Below the pieces are notes generated by a model. The model was not told the DNA's origin and did not search any database. It saw only the letters and a program-made list of their open reading frames with translations. A stretch of DNA of 63,578 nt, counting the filler, from Phoronis australis (taxonomy: Eukaryota > Animalia > Phoronida), in NCBI GenBank assembly GCA_002633005.1. It is 6 parts of 6 records of this genome, joined end to end, with 100 filler letters (N's around TTAATTAATTAA, not from the genome) between each part and the next. Parts side by side here need not be neighbours in the genome. Positions count along the whole stretch, not along the records: positions 61,173 to 63,578 come from NMRA01003685.1; 5 more parts are not named here. One strand, written 5' to 3'. The translations under genes and the position numbers were made by a program. This document shows, in pieces, positions 63,164 to 63,578 of this stretch. Each line of letters opens with the position of its first letter. The stretch's first letter is position 1.

Positions 63164-63578
63164 GTGTGCTTTCTCCCCGCCCCCTCCCACCCTTCCCCGC
63201 CTTCCCACATTGTGCCTCCACCCCGTTTTGTGTCCTCTTTGTCAGAGGCGCATTTTGGCGCCGCGTGCCCACCCGTTCTTTGTTCCCTCCTCCCATGTTT
63301 CCTCGTATATATTATTTCACTCCCAATTTTGTGCCCTTTGTCGGAGGTACCTTATCTCGCTTCCCCTCTTCATGTAATCTTTCATTTTCGTATTCGTTTT
63401 TCATTTTGTTTAATCTGTGATTACGACCTGTGTCCCCTTTTTCTTTACGTTATTCCCCCCTTTTGATGTTTCTCCGCTCGTTCTCCCATCCCTACCCGGC
63501 CACGGGGCCCTTCGGCCCTTTGCCTGTGGCCCGCCATGCCAGTACGATTCGGTCCTTCTGCTCCCTGTTCTTTCTCTT

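Noticed and set aside
62891-63466. 191-aa ORF with 17-aa repeats
   Set aside because: Starts at a non-ATG codon, derives from the 51-bp repeat and a pyrimidine-rich tract, and has no known domain.

Overview
Eukaryotic, AT-rich draft-assembly scaffold, probably from a marine invertebrate (inferred from its repeat repertoire). It has five 100-nt contig linkers (N44-TTAATTAATTAA-N44), one 316-N gap and four single-N joins. I recognise no intact host gene, rRNA, true tRNA or CRISPR array; the window is essentially a graveyard of nested mobile elements. The highlight is a ~3.4-kb endogenous Polinton/Maverick (adintovirus-like) remnant on the minus strand at ~8620-11992. Its order is integrase C-terminal chromodomain, an intact small two-TM ORF, minor capsid/penton, a 10-bp repeat bridging a deletion, and a frameshifted protein-primed DNA polymerase B with a Vsr-like insert. 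Other remnants: a Sola-like transposase missed by the ORF track (~1200-2247), two Penelope-like pieces (one ending in a degenerate minimal hammerhead ribozyme), a pogo/DDE_1 transposase, an old Gypsy pol split by nested insertions, a younger Gypsy 3' end with PPT and LTR, a Tx1/L1 ORF2 3' fragment, several MITE/foldback elements and six minisatellites. Family assignments come from manual translation and motif recognition, not database searches. I found nothing I can defend as a wholly new biological system; the viral module and its small membrane ORF are the best leads.
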